Assembly: GCF_025643275.1 (NCBI RefSeq)
Contig: NZ_CP089977.1
Span: forward strand, 2,074,667-2,106,666
Origin: Moraxella nasicaprae
GTDB taxonomy: Bacteria > Pseudomonadota > Gammaproteobacteria > Pseudomonadales > Moraxellaceae
Length of the DNA: 32,000 nucleotides
Direction of reading: 5' to 3'
Position numbers and translations under genes: made by a program. This document shows positions 1 through 9,732 of this stretch, in pieces (position 1 is the first letter of the stretch; every line of letters begins with the position of its first letter). Under the pieces are notes generated by a model. The model saw only the letters and a program-made list of their open reading frames with translations, did no database searches and was not told where the DNA came from.

Positions 1-1887
1 GAACAAGGACAGGTACTCGAATCATTGTTTGGTAGTGAGTCCCTGTTAGCTATTGCTCCGCTGCTATCTCAGTTAGGCACACTCAAAGACAATCTAAAAA
101 AAGTGGGCGATAGTAGTCAGTACGCTGGCTCAATGAATAAAGAGTATGAAGCCAGAGCCCAAACCACTGCTAATAATTTGCAAACCCTAAAAAATCAAAT
201 GGTTATGCTGGGTATTTCAGTTGGTTCGGTGGTATTGCCTGCCTTAAATGGGCTTATCAATGACATTAAACCTGTGATTGAAAGCGTCATCGCCTTTACC
301 AAAGCCAATCCTGAGCTTATTGCCACACTTTTTAAGGTAGTGACTGCTCTTTTTGCCTTTAAAGCAGGCTCATTGGCGGTTCGATTTGGTTTTAATCTGC
401 TATTTGGTGGTCTTTTATCTGGGTATGGGGTAGTAGCTCGTTTTATGGGTGCTTTTAGGCTGGTTAATGCGTCCATTCGTCTTTTCCAGATGGGCAGAGC
501 CGTTTCCGCCCTGCGACTATTTGGACTGTCCGCTCGTCAAGCCCGCACCGCCATCAGCTTGTTCACTGGGGGCTTTAAACTGATTCGTTCAGGGGCGACT
601 GGCTTTGTGTCTGTACTGGGCAAAATCATGAATTTTGCCAAATTGTTTGGCTCATCGCTTTTCAGTGTGGGTGCAAAAGTCGGTCAAGCCTTTATGATGA
701 TTGGACGAGTAATGGCTGTTGTTGGACGAGCAATGCTGACTAATCCCATTATTTTGATTGCGGCAGTTATTGCGGGTGTGGCGTATCTGATTTATAAAAA
801 CTGGGATACTATCAAGCCAATGCTTGTGGCATTCTGGACGAGCATCACGCAGGCGGCAAGTGACGCTTGGCAATGGCTGGTTGGTATCTGGAATGGCTTT
901 ACGGCTTGGTTTAGCAGCTTGTGGAATGGTGTTAGCAGTTGGATTGGTGGTGTCTGGACAGGTATCGTAAATGGTGCAAGCATTGCTTGGCAATGGCTGA
1001 TTGGTATTTGGAGTGGTTTTACGGCTTGGTTTAGCAGTCTTTGGACTGGCATTACTGCTTGGGTAAGTGGTGTCTGGACAGGTATCGTAAATGGTGCAAC
1101 AGCCGCTTGGCAATGGCTTGTCGGCATTTGGAGTGGTGCATCTGCTTGGTTTGGTGGATTATGGCAATCTGTTTTATCCGTTGTCATGTCTGTTTGGAGT
1201 GGTATCACTTCATTTCTGAGCGGTGTGTGGGCAAACATTAGGGGTCTGGTGTCAGCAGGTGTGCAAGGACTAATGGCTATCATCCGTGGATTTAGCCCCA
1301 TCTCCGCCTTTTCCACTGCTTTTTCAGCCGTTTGGGGCTTTTTAAGTGGCTTGGTTGGTCGCTTTCGCACCTTTGGGGTCAATATCATTCAAGGGCTTAT
1401 TGGTGGTATCAAATCAATGGCAGGAGCTGTGGTTGGGGCAATTAGTAGCACCGTGGGTAATGTTGCTGGTACCGCCAAAAGAATGCTTGGCATTAATAGT
1501 CCTAGCCGTGTGTTTCGTCAGCTTGGCTCGTGGGTGTCCGAGGGCTTAGCCATTGGTATTGATAAAGGCGGTCAAAAACCTGTGTCCGCCATTGGCTCTG
1601 TTGCAAGTGGGGTTACGGCAAACTTTGGGGCAAAAATGGGCAATCTGTCCGCCCAAATCAGCACCAGTGTGGGCGAACATCAAGCAAGAATGACAAACGC
1701 CAACGCCACCAATGCCTACAACTCAAACAACCAACAACAAGGCAACATTACTATCCATTTTAATCCCACCATCAACACAAGTGGCGGCGATGTGGGCAAA
1801 ATTGAAAGAGCCTTGCAAATCTCACAAGCTGAATTTGAAAAACTATTTAACCGTATGCAAGCCGACAGACAAAGGAGAGCTTACTGA
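1..1887 (+). CDS. Phage tail tape-measure protein (5' end truncated by the window edge)
   Basis: The frame is open back to nt 1 and encodes more than 620 aa. It has hydrophobic/Gly-rich segments and Trp-rich tandem repeats, and sits directly upstream of GpU/X/D. Its stop overlaps the next start (tgATG). Confidence 0.85.
   Translation, partial: EQGQVLESLFGSESLLAIAPLLSQLGTLKDNLKKVGDSSQYAGSMNKEYEARAQTTANNLQTLKNQMVMLGISVGSVVLPALNGLINDIKPVIESVIAFTKANPELIATLFKVVTALFAFKAGSLAVRFGFNLLFGGLLSGYGVVARFMGAFRLVNASIRLFQMGRAVSALRLFGLSARQARTAISLFTGGFKLIRSGATGFVSVLGKIMNFAKLFGSSLFSVGAKVGQAFMMIGRVMAVVGRAMLTNPIILIAAVIAGVAYLIYKNWDTIKPMLVAFWTSITQAASDAWQWLVGIWNGFTAWFSSLWNGVSSWIGGVWTGIVNGASIAWQWLIGIWSGFTAWFSSLWTGITAWVSGVWTGIVNGATAAWQWLVGIWSGASAWFGGLWQSVLSVVMSVWSGITSFLSGVWANIRGLVSAGVQGLMAIIRGFSPISAFSTAFSAVWGFLSGLVGRFRTFGVNIIQGLIGGIKSMAGAVVGAISSTVGNVAGTAKRMLGINSPSRVFRQLGSWVSEGLAIGIDKGGQKPVSAIGSVASGVTANFGAKMGNLSAQISTSVGEHQARMTNANATNAYNSNNQQQGNITIHFNPTINTSGGDVGKIERALQISQAEFEKLFNRMQADRQRRAY
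862..1221 (+). repeat. Three tandem 120-nt (40-aa) Trp-rich repeats inside the tape-measure gene
   Basis: Units starting at 862, 982 and 1102 each encode AWQWL(V/I)GIW.G..AWF..LW... . The first two units are nearly identical at the nucleotide level. Confidence 0.85.
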
Positions 1888-2774
1888 TGTACGCCATGCT
1901 TGGGCAAATCCCTTTTGAAGCCACAGACAGCTTTACCGCTTTGACTACCACGCATGATGCCAAATTTGTTCATCATAAGGTCATACAGGGCAAGCCACGC
2001 ACACAAGGCTTGGGGCTACTTCTCGACAAGCTCAAATTTAGCCTGCGACTGCATTGGCGACTGGGTGATGTAGGTGGGCAGTATCAAGCACTGCACCAAG
2101 CATTTATTTCCCAAGACGCACAGGCACTCGTTACAGGCTCAGGGCAGATGATGGGTTTTTATACCATTGATAAATTATCCGTAACCACCACCGCTCAAAA
2201 TGACACGGGCGATACTTTGGCGATGGACATTGATGTGGATTTGACTGAATTTATCGGCGACCCTACCGCCCCAAATCCTACGCCAGCCATTGCCACCATG
2301 GACAGCGTACCGCTCTTATCCATCAAAGATGACAGTATCAATGCTCCCATCGATATTGAAACGGCAAGCCTGATAGCAGATGTGGGGGCGTGGCACAGAA
2401 GTGAAGGGCTGCTTGATGGCATTTCATCAAAACTTGCCTTATTGGGCGAACTGTCAAACGACCCTGCACGCTATGCTTTAACATTATCTGAGATTGTGTC
2501 GGACGGCACAGGTGTTATTAAGGGTCTATCAAATATTCCTGCTTTATCCGCTTATGCTGATAAATTGGACGGCATGGGTCGCTTTGGCGATGTGGTGTCT
2601 GATGTGATTGGCAAGGTAGGCACAGGTGTTGGGGCGGTACAAGCAGGTAATTTAACTGGGGCAAAAACCGCCTTTATGGGGGCAATCGGTGCAATGGGTG
2701 TGGGTAAATCCACCGTCAGTAAGCTCACCGCCAAAATTGCCAGTAAAAAGCCCCTAAAACTATTTAAAAGATAG
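1887..2774 (+). CDS. Phage tail protein, P2 GpU-like N-terminal domain with a Gly/Ala-rich C-terminal extension
   Basis: The N-terminus MYAMLGQIPFE...HHKV.QGKPRTQGLG...L.L..HW and ...GSGQMMGFYTIDKLSVT follow the GpU family pattern. The gene lies between the tape measure and X/D. Confidence 0.65.
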   Translation: MYAMLGQIPFEATDSFTALTTTHDAKFVHHKVIQGKPRTQGLGLLLDKLKFSLRLHWRLGDVGGQYQALHQAFISQDAQALVTGSGQMMGFYTIDKLSVTTTAQNDTGDTLAMDIDVDLTEFIGDPTAPNPTPAIATMDSVPLLSIKDDSINAPIDIETASLIADVGAWHRSEGLLDGISSKLALLGELSNDPARYALTLSEIVSDGTGVIKGLSNIPALSAYADKLDGMGRFGDVVSDVIGKVGTGVGAVQAGNLTGAKTAFMGAIGAMGVGKSTVSKLTAKIASKKPLKLFKR

Positions 2775-2787
2775 GATTGTTTAAAAA

Positions 2788-3006
2788 ATGAGTAGCGTAC
2801 TAATCCACACCTGCAATGAACACGACCGCTTTGATTTAATCGCCCATCGCTATTATGGCACAATTGATGAGATTGGGCGTATTATGGACGCCAATCCACA
2901 GCTTGCCTTATCTGAGACCTTGACCGCAGGCACAACTGTCTTTGTGCCGATTATTCAAAAATCGCAAGCCAAAAATACCAATTTGCCACCTTGGTTTAGA
3001 GATTAA
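2788..3006 (+). CDS. Phage tail protein X (P2 gpX-like, LysM-like)
   Basis: 72 aa. DRFDLIAHRYYG...IMDANPQLA...L.AGT.V.VP matches the Phage_tail_X pattern. It lies directly before gpD. Confidence 0.75.
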   Translation: MSSVLIHTCNEHDRFDLIAHRYYGTIDEIGRIMDANPQLALSETLTAGTTVFVPIIQKSQAKNTNLPPWFRD

Positions 3007-3008
3007 CA

Positions 3009-4055
3009 ATGATACAAAATACTGACAAGCCCAAATTTGCTGTTATCTATGAGCAAAAAGACATCACAAACGCCATTACGCCATACCTACTGGAAATCAC
3101 TTATACGGACTATCTGTCTGACCAATCGGACGAAATCACGCTGACCCTTGAAGATGTGAATGGCGACTGGCTGTATGACTGGTATCCTGACAATGGCGAT
3201 GGCGTGGAGCTGTCTTTGGCGGACGATATGGGCGAGCTGATGTCGCTTGGGCGGTTTGAGATTGGCGAGATTGAATACCGCTATCCACCGTCTGTCGTGG
3301 TGTTAAAGGCACTCTCCACAGGCATTAGCAAGGCAAACCGCACCAATCAAGCCAAAGTCTATAAAGACACCACGCTTGCCGACATTGTCCGCACGGTGGC
3401 AAAACGCCTAAATCTGTCGGTAACTGGGCAAATCAGAGACATCAAAATCACCACTGTAACCCAGTATCAAGAGCGAGATGTGGAGTTTTTGACCCGACTT
3501 GCCAAAACTTACGGGCATAGTTTTAAGATTGTGGATAAAACGCTGGTCTTTTATGACAATGAAAAACTGGGCGAAAATGAAGCGGTGGCGGTACTGGATA
3601 AAACATCTGTCATTGATGTGCGTTTTCGTGATGTCATCAAAGACACACCAAGCGAAGTACAGGTTTCCACCTACAACACTCAAAAGAAAGAAACCATTAC
3701 CAAAACCGCCAAGCCCAAACCCAAAAGAAAAGGGGCGAAACCTACCACCACCGACACCCTAAAAATCACCGCCCCCAACAATGCCACAGACGGCGAAGCA
3801 CAAGCAATGGCAAATGCCCACGCACAAAACCAAGCGGACGAGCAAATTGCAGGGGAGATTGAATTGGTTGGTAATGCCATGCTGGTGGCAGGTCAGACAA
3901 TTCTAGTAACTGACTTTGGTAAATTTAGCGGTAAATACTTGGTAAAACAGGCTCGCCATACCCTAAATAACCAAGGCTTTTTAACCACGATTGAGATTAA
4001 AATGCTTGAATACATTGACCCAAAAGACAACAAAACACAGGAAAACACTCAATGA
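3009..4055 (+). CDS. Phage late control gene D-like tail/baseplate hub protein (P2 gpD / Mu gp44-like)
   Basis: 348 aa. Motif LGRFEIGEIEYRYPPSVVVLKALS, correct position, and an ATGA overlap with the following gpV-like gene. Confidence 0.8.
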   Translation: MIQNTDKPKFAVIYEQKDITNAITPYLLEITYTDYLSDQSDEITLTLEDVNGDWLYDWYPDNGDGVELSLADDMGELMSLGRFEIGEIEYRYPPSVVVLKALSTGISKANRTNQAKVYKDTTLADIVRTVAKRLNLSVTGQIRDIKITTVTQYQERDVEFLTRLAKTYGHSFKIVDKTLVFYDNEKLGENEAVAVLDKTSVIDVRFRDVIKDTPSEVQVSTYNTQKKETITKTAKPKPKRKGAKPTTTDTLKITAPNNATDGEAQAMANAHAQNQADEQIAGEIELVGNAMLVAGQTILVTDFGKFSGKYLVKQARHTLNNQGFLTTIEIKMLEYIDPKDNKTQENTQ

Positions 4056-4594
4056 ACTACGCCCACAATAACCTATCCGCTACGCTCCAATTTGGCGAAG
4101 TGAGTGAAATTGACCCAAAGACACACAAAGTGAAAGTAAATTTCAATGCCTTGGATAGTATGACAAGCGACTGGCTTCCTGTCATCTCGATGGGGGCAGG
4201 TGGCAATCAATTCTATACCTTGCCCGATGTGGGGGCGACCGCCGTGTGCCTGATGAATGCGGGTGGCGATGGCGGTGTGGCACTTGGCGTGATTTATAAT
4301 GACCAAGATACCCCACCAACCGATAACGGTGAGCTATGGGTCAAGCGATTTAGTAATGACACCGTCATCAGCCACAACCGCCAAAACGGACAAATCATCG
4401 TAGAAACGAGTGGTGATGTACTGATAAAAGCAAAACAAGTAACGCTTGACACTCCAAGCACCATCATCACAGGCAATGTACAGGTAACAGGGAAACTTAC
4501 CGCAAGCATAGATGTGGTGGGCGGTGGGGTCAGCCTAAAATCGCATACGCACGGCGGTGTCGCTGGTGGCAATAGCAGAACTGGCACACCTTAA
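4052..4594 (+). CDS. Baseplate assembly protein V / tail spike (P2 gpV, Mu gp45-like)
   Basis: 180 aa. The N-terminal OB-like region is followed by a C-terminal SLKSHTHGG (HxH apex motif). Gene order supports the call. Confidence 0.8.
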   Translation: MNYAHNNLSATLQFGEVSEIDPKTHKVKVNFNALDSMTSDWLPVISMGAGGNQFYTLPDVGATAVCLMNAGGDGGVALGVIYNDQDTPPTDNGELWVKRFSNDTVISHNRQNGQIIVETSGDVLIKAKQVTLDTPSTIITGNVQVTGKLTASIDVVGGGVSLKSHTHGGVAGGNSRTGTP

Positions 4595-4660
4595 CACACC
4601 TTTAACATACGGATTTTTCTTAAAACCCTTTAAAAGACCCAAACTCCAAAACCCCCTACA

Positions 4661-4691
4661 ATACACCCAATCACTTTGGGTGTATTTTTTT
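4661..4691 (+). terminator. Rho-independent terminator between gpV and gpW
   Basis: Stem atacaccca (4661-4669) pairs with tgggtgtat (4677-4685) around a 7-nt loop, followed by T6 (4686-4691). Flanking ctacaa/ttgtag can extend the stem. Confidence 0.6.
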
Positions 4692-4701
4692 GTAGGTCAA
4701 A

Positions 4702-5052
4702 ATGACAACCACCAACCACCGCCATTGGCAATTATCATCTGACAGCACGGCAATCACGGATATTGATGACATTCATCGCTGTATCGAGATTATTTTGGCC
4801 ACCAAAAAAGGCTCTGATGTCTTGCGACCGACCTTTGGCTCGGCTCATTTGGATTATTTGGACGCACCAACTGATATTTTAATTCCTAATGTGGTGCGTG
4901 AGATTCATCTGGCACTGCAAACTTGGGAAAAGCGAGCCATCATCAAAGACATTTATTTTACAGGGCAAGCACCACATTTGACGATGATGATTGATTGGCA
5001 AGTGGCGGATAGTGTCAAAGGCGAGATTTATAAAAGCGAATTTATCTTGTAG
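4702..5052 (+). CDS. Baseplate wedge protein, GPW/gp25 family (P2 gpW, Mu gp46-like)
   Basis: 116 aa. IEIILATKKGSDVLRPTFGS...ALQTWEKR matches the GPW_gp25 signature. Confidence 0.85.
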   Translation: MTTTNHRHWQLSSDSTAITDIDDIHRCIEIILATKKGSDVLRPTFGSAHLDYLDAPTDILIPNVVREIHLALQTWEKRAIIKDIYFTGQAPHLTMMIDWQVADSVKGEIYKSEFIL

Positions 5053-5060
5053 GGGCGAGC

Positions 5061-6200
5061 GTGAAACTACCAAAACGAGAAAACTTAAAAATCGTGGACG
5101 ATGACATCGGCACGATTTTAAGTGAGACAATCAAAGACTACGAACACCGAGCAGGCAAAGTGCTACAACCTGCTCATATTGAACGCCTTCTCATCAATGC
5201 CTTTGCTTATCGTGAGTTATTGCTACGAAAACAGCTTAACGAAGCCTACCGCCAGCAACATATCCCCTATGCCACAGGCTTAATGCTTGATGTCGCTGGG
5301 GCGGATTTTGGCACACATCGCCTGTCCGCACAGCCTGCGGATACTGTTTTGGAATTTAGCGTTAATCCTTCTGAAATTGGCAATTTAACCATTCAAATCG
5401 CCAAGGGCACACAAGTCTTGGCGGGCAATGTTACCTTTGCTACCACAGAGGGTGGACAGCTTAATCAAAACAGTCCAAGTATCCGCCTAAATGCCGTTTG
5501 CACTCAAACAGGTGCAGTTGGCAATGGCTATGCGGTGGGGCAAATTGGCACGCTGGCAACTCGCCCACACCCCACCATTAGCGTATCAGCCAAAAACATC
5601 ACCATCAGCCAAAATGGGACTGATGTAGAGAGCGATGACAGCTACCGAGAGCGGATTATGCTTGCTTTTGAGCGTTTTAGTAATGCAGGCTCAAAAGGAG
5701 CGTATGCTTATTTTGTCCGCTCGGTCAGCCAAGAGATTATTGATGTCTATGTAGGTAATGCCATAGACCGTCAAGGACAGCCGATTGGCGGGACGGTGGC
5801 GGTGTACTTGCTTGGCAAGACTATGCCAGTTTCGGACAATCTGATTCGTGAAGTAAATAAGGCGTTGAATGACGAAAAGGTACGCCCCCTATGTGATACC
5901 GTTACCGTAAATTCTGCAAAAGTGGTTAATTTTACCCTAAATGCCGAGCTGACCGTCTTTACAGGGGTAAATGCTGATGAAGTCTTGGCAAATGCCAAAA
6001 GTGCATTTGATGTTTATCAAAAAGAGGCACAAAGCCGACTTGGGCAAGATGTCGTTCCCCTAAACATCGCCAAAACCTTGCAAGTGGCGGGCGTTTATGA
6101 TGTTAAGCTCATTAGCCCTACCTTGACCGCCATTGCCCCTGATACGGTTGCCATTTGCAATCACATCAATATCCGTATTGTGGGGCAAACCGATGGATAA
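5061..6200 (+). CDS. Baseplate protein J (P2 gpJ, Mu gp47-like)
   Basis: 379 aa with a GTG start. Size, position after gpW and the ...ESDDSYRERI...S.AGSKGAYAYF... pattern are typical of Baseplate_J. Confidence 0.8.
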   Translation: MKLPKRENLKIVDDDIGTILSETIKDYEHRAGKVLQPAHIERLLINAFAYRELLLRKQLNEAYRQQHIPYATGLMLDVAGADFGTHRLSAQPADTVLEFSVNPSEIGNLTIQIAKGTQVLAGNVTFATTEGGQLNQNSPSIRLNAVCTQTGAVGNGYAVGQIGTLATRPHPTISVSAKNITISQNGTDVESDDSYRERIMLAFERFSNAGSKGAYAYFVRSVSQEIIDVYVGNAIDRQGQPIGGTVAVYLLGKTMPVSDNLIREVNKALNDEKVRPLCDTVTVNSAKVVNFTLNAELTVFTGVNADEVLANAKSAFDVYQKEAQSRLGQDVVPLNIAKTLQVAGVYDVKLISPTLTAIAPDTVAICNHINIRIVGQTDG

Positions 6201-6774
6201 GCTCATTTATGCCGATGTGATTGCCAAAGAGCAAACCTTTACAGCTTTGGCGGATTTGGGGCTTGCCCTTGATGAGTTGCCAATAGATAAGCTCCTTATT
6301 CGCTTGATTGATTTGGTAGACAGTGAGCATTTACCAATTTTGGCAGAGAGTATGAGTGTCGCTGGAGTGGACGGCTATTGGCTTGCCGAAAGCGATGAAG
6401 CAAGGCGAAATCTTATTAAAGGAGCGTATGACCTGCACCGCTTCAAAGGTACACCGTGGGCGGTTAAGGAAATCGTCAGACGGCTTGGCTTTGGTAATGC
6501 CACGCTTGAAGAGGGCTTTGGTGGCAAACGACATAATGGCGAAATCACAAGGCGAGATGGCGTCTATAACTATGGGCATTCTGACCGCTGGGCGTATTAT
6601 CGCATCATCATTCACGAACCTATTACCCTTGAACAGGCGAACCTACTTAGAAAGACTTTGTCCGCGTTTGCCCCTGCTCGCTGTATTTTGTCCGCCCTTG
6701 ATTTTACACAGGCAAGCATTCGGCACAATGGCAAAATTATCCGAGACGGCAGATACACTCGTGGCACGGCTTAA
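6193..6774 (+). CDS. Tail protein I (P2 gpI, Mu gp48-like)
   Basis: Start taken at MDKLIYADV (ATG 6193), with an ATGGATAA overlap with the gpJ stop. LPILAESMSV.G...W......RRNLIKGAYDLHRFKGT matches the Tail_P2_I pattern. Confidence 0.75.
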   Translation: MDKLIYADVIAKEQTFTALADLGLALDELPIDKLLIRLIDLVDSEHLPILAESMSVAGVDGYWLAESDEARRNLIKGAYDLHRFKGTPWAVKEIVRRLGFGNATLEEGFGGKRHNGEITRRDGVYNYGHSDRWAYYRIIIHEPITLEQANLLRKTLSAFAPARCILSALDFTQASIRHNGKIIRDGRYTRGTA

Positions 6775-7023
6775 ACGACTTTAATTTGTAAGGAAAAGAT
6801 TATGGCAAACTTGCAAGAAACACCCACTTGGGAAGCTGGTATTTATCAGCTTGAAACTTCTGACCCTGTGATGGGCGGAGAAAATGGTATTGATAATAGA
6901 GCTCCAAGACAACTCGCCAACCGCACACTGTGGCTAAAAAATGAGCTAGCAAGGCAGATTGGGGTGGTCAATAGTGGCAAACTTGGCAAAACTGAAAATG
7001 CGGTATCAGCAAGCAAACTTGCC

Positions 7024-7373
7024 ACCGCTCGCAATATTGCAATGACAGGGACGGCTCGTGGAATGTCAATTTTGACGGCTCACAAAATGCCACAGGTGCC
7101 TTAACGCTTGCAAACAGCGGTGTTACGGCAGGCTCTTATAACTCGGTTACAGTAGATGCCAAAGGACGAGTAACAGCAGGCTTAACCCAAACGCACGGAC
7201 TGGTAACCGCCACTACCGCACAAGGGACAGCCAATGTCGCCACAGGTAACGGCAACACCTTTCTTAACATTGTTGCAAGTGGCGTGGGTCAAACTGCGTC
7301 TGTTGGTTCATCCACCCAAATCACAGGTACAAATGGTATTACCGTCTCATCAGACACGGCTGGCAAGCTCATT
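7024..7373 (+). repeat. Tail-fibre internal direct repeat, copy 1 (about 350 bp)
   Basis: Aligns with 7908-8258 (offset 884, then 885 after the 1-nt gap) at high but imperfect identity. It encodes ARNIAMTG(D)GSWNVNFDGSQNATGALTLANSGVTAGSYNSVTVDAKGRVTAGLTQTHGLVTATTA...GVGQTASVGSSTQITGTNGI.VSSDTAGKLI. Confidence 0.8.
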
Positions 7374-7907
7374 TTAGGGCAAACACTTGCCAATAGTTTG
7401 ACTGATGCTTCTACCGCCAAGGCTTTGACCGCCTTACAAGGTAAGGTGCTTGATGAGAAGATTACGGCTGTCAATAACGCTTTGACAAGCCACCGCCATA
7501 ATTGGAATGAGATTGATAGCAAGCCCAGCACTTTTACGCCATCAAGCCATACACATACCATCGCTAATATTACCGATTATGATGTTAGGCAAATCAGTAC
7601 TGAAGATTTGGATAGCATTACCAAATGGGGTATTTATGGACAAGGGGCAAACAATCAATCACTGACTGAGAGAAATTATCCTGTACCTAATGAAGCTGGC
7701 ACATTGGAAGTTATGCCTGGCACTTACGGACTTCGCCAAAGATTTACTACATTTGCCACTCATCGTCAGTTTGAGCGCTCAAGAAACAATGCTCAAACAG
7801 GCTGGAATGCGTGGACGGAGCTATCAAACACATGGGACGCCATACGAGGCAAGCCAAATAACCTTGCTACCACCACAAGCAATGTCGCCTCTGCCACCAA
7901 GCTCCAA

Positions 7908-8258
7908 ACCGCCCGCAATATCGCAATGACTGGCGATGGCTCGTGGAATGTCAATTTTGACGGCTCACAAAATGCCACAGGTGCCTTAACGCTTGCAAAC
8001 AGTGGTGTTACGGCAGGCTCCTATAACTCAGTAACGGTGGACGCAAAAGGACGAGTTACCGCAGGCTTAACCCAAACGCACGGACTTGTAACCGCCACCA
8101 CCGCCACAGGGACAACCAACACCGCCACCACGAACACTAATACATTTCTAAACATTGTGGCAAGCGGCGTAGGTCAAACTGCGTCTGTTGGCTCAAGTAC
8201 GCAAATCACAGGCACAAACGGCATCAGCGTATCATCAGACACTGCTGGTAAGCTCATT
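7908..8258 (+). repeat. Tail-fibre internal direct repeat, copy 2
   Basis: See copy 1. This copy is in frame. Confidence 0.8.
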
Positions 8259-8680
8259 GTTACCCGTGATAGCAACTCGCCCACCGCCACCAAACTTGCC
8301 ACCGCCCGTAACATCGCCCTAACAGGAGCGGTAACTGGCAATGTCAATTTTGATGGGTCGGGGAATGTGAGTTTGGCAACAACTGTGCAATCCGTGAGTG
8401 GCAAAGTGGTTGTTATGACTGGTACTATCGAACATGGTGGCACCATTCCACTACCAGCAGGATTTAATGAAAATCAATGCAAGTGGATGGTTTCAATGAA
8501 TGATGACAATCCAACTCGAACAACATGGGATATTAACGAAGGAGGGTATCATTTACATTATCGCCAAGAATGCTTTACGGAAGGTCGTGTGGTAACAGCT
8601 AGGACTTATCTAGGTGGACATTCTGGCTCATCATCTGTTGTGAACAGTAAGGCTAACTACATCATCATTGGAGTGAAATA

Positions 8681-9259
8681 ATGTATTACATTTTTAATAA
8701 AGATGGTAAAAATATCGGTCAGTGCGACTTTGAGCCAAACGCAGAAGACTTAGCAAGTCGCCAAGAAAGCTATCAACTGTACAAAAATCCTTTACAACAA
8801 GGGGATGAAATTTGGCTTGTTGATGGAAAAATCACAATCATCAGCCCGGCTCAATTAACGACAGAAGAGCTTAAAGTCCAACACCAATCCCAAATCTGGG
8901 AAGCCATCAAACAAAAACGTCACACCATCACTCGTGGCGGGGTTTATGTCAAATCGGTCAAAAAGTGGTTTCATACCGATGATAGTTCTCGCACACAGTA
9001 TTTGGCATTGCAAATCTTGCCACAGCTACCGCCTGATTTAATGTGGAAAACGATGGATAACAGCTTTGTCAAATTGGATAAGGCGTTATTGACCGAGCTT
9101 GCGATGACGATTTTGACCGCCGAGCAAGCTGATTTTGCTAATGCTGAAAAGCACCGTTTGGCAATGTTACAGGCACAAAATCCCCTAGAATACGATTATT
9201 CAAAGGGTTGGACAGCCATTTATGACCCAACTGACAAACAAGGAGCAAGCGATGAATAA
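8681..9259 (+). CDS. Probable tail fibre assembly/chaperone protein
   Basis: 192 aa. The start overlaps the fibre stop (taATG), which is the gpG/Mu-U chaperone position. Assigned mainly by synteny. Confidence 0.5.
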   Translation: MYYIFNKDGKNIGQCDFEPNAEDLASRQESYQLYKNPLQQGDEIWLVDGKITIISPAQLTTEELKVQHQSQIWEAIKQKRHTITRGGVYVKSVKKWFHTDDSSRTQYLALQILPQLPPDLMWKTMDNSFVKLDKALLTELAMTILTAEQADFANAEKHRLAMLQAQNPLEYDYSKGWTAIYDPTDKQGASDE

Positions 9260-9707
9260 AGTCTATTTAGCTTGCTATCGTGGGCGTGGCGACAAATTGA
9301 CCCACCGCCTATGTGATGGCATTACCCGCTTTTTTACTCGTGGCAAATACAGCCACACCGAGATTGCCATCGCCTTGCCTGACGGTCGTTACCAATGCTA
9401 TTCATCAAGCGTGCGTGAAGGTGGTGTGCGTACCAAGATAATGCCCTTAAATCCTGACAAATGGGACTTAATCGCCCTTGGTGGCATTTCGCCCGAACAA
9501 ATTACCCGCTATTACCGACAAAATCACGGCTCGGATTATGACCTTTTGGGGGCGTTGGGCTGTGTGGCGGGACTACCACAGAACGCAGATAAATTCTTTT
9601 GTTCTGAGTGGTGCTACAACGCCATTTTTGGGTCAAATCAAGGCTTTCGGTTTAGCCCCAATCAGCTTGCCGAGATTGTTCGCCATTTATCCATTTTGGA
9701 TAACTAA
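9252..9707 (+). CDS. Hypothetical protein, possibly a permuted papain-like (YiiX/C92-type) cysteine hydrolase
   Basis: Start chosen at MNKVYLACYRG, preceded by AAGGAG. His (KYSHTEIAI) precedes Cys (KFFCSEWCY), the order seen in permuted NlpC/P60-like enzymes. This is a weak motif-level call. Confidence 0.35.
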   Translation: MNKVYLACYRGRGDKLTHRLCDGITRFFTRGKYSHTEIAIALPDGRYQCYSSSVREGGVRTKIMPLNPDKWDLIALGGISPEQITRYYRQNHGSDYDLLGALGCVAGLPQNADKFFCSEWCYNAIFGSNQGFRFSPNQLAEIVRHLSILDN

Positions 9708-9732
9708 TTTTGTTCTTATTTAGGAGAAATCA

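Larger units (their letters stand above)
6802..8681 (+). pseudogene. Tail fibre gene split by a 1-nt frameshift (ORFs 6802..7104 and 7053/7284..8681)
   Basis: The N-terminus TPTWEAGIYQLETSDPVMGG..GIDNRAPRQLANRTLWLKNEL is a conserved fibre N-terminus. At 7041-7056, aatgacagggacggct aligns to the internal paralogous copy aatgactggcgatggct (7925-7941) with one base missing at the G-run 7048-7050. The downstream frame is open from about 7053 and continues as ...GSWNVNFDGSQNATG.... Three KL.TARNIA.TG...NVNFDGS fibre repeats are present. Confidence 0.65.

Noticed and set aside
6356-6784. 142-aa alternative-frame ORF inside the gpI gene
   Set aside because: It overlaps a CDS with clear family motifs, and its composition looks like an off-frame translation.
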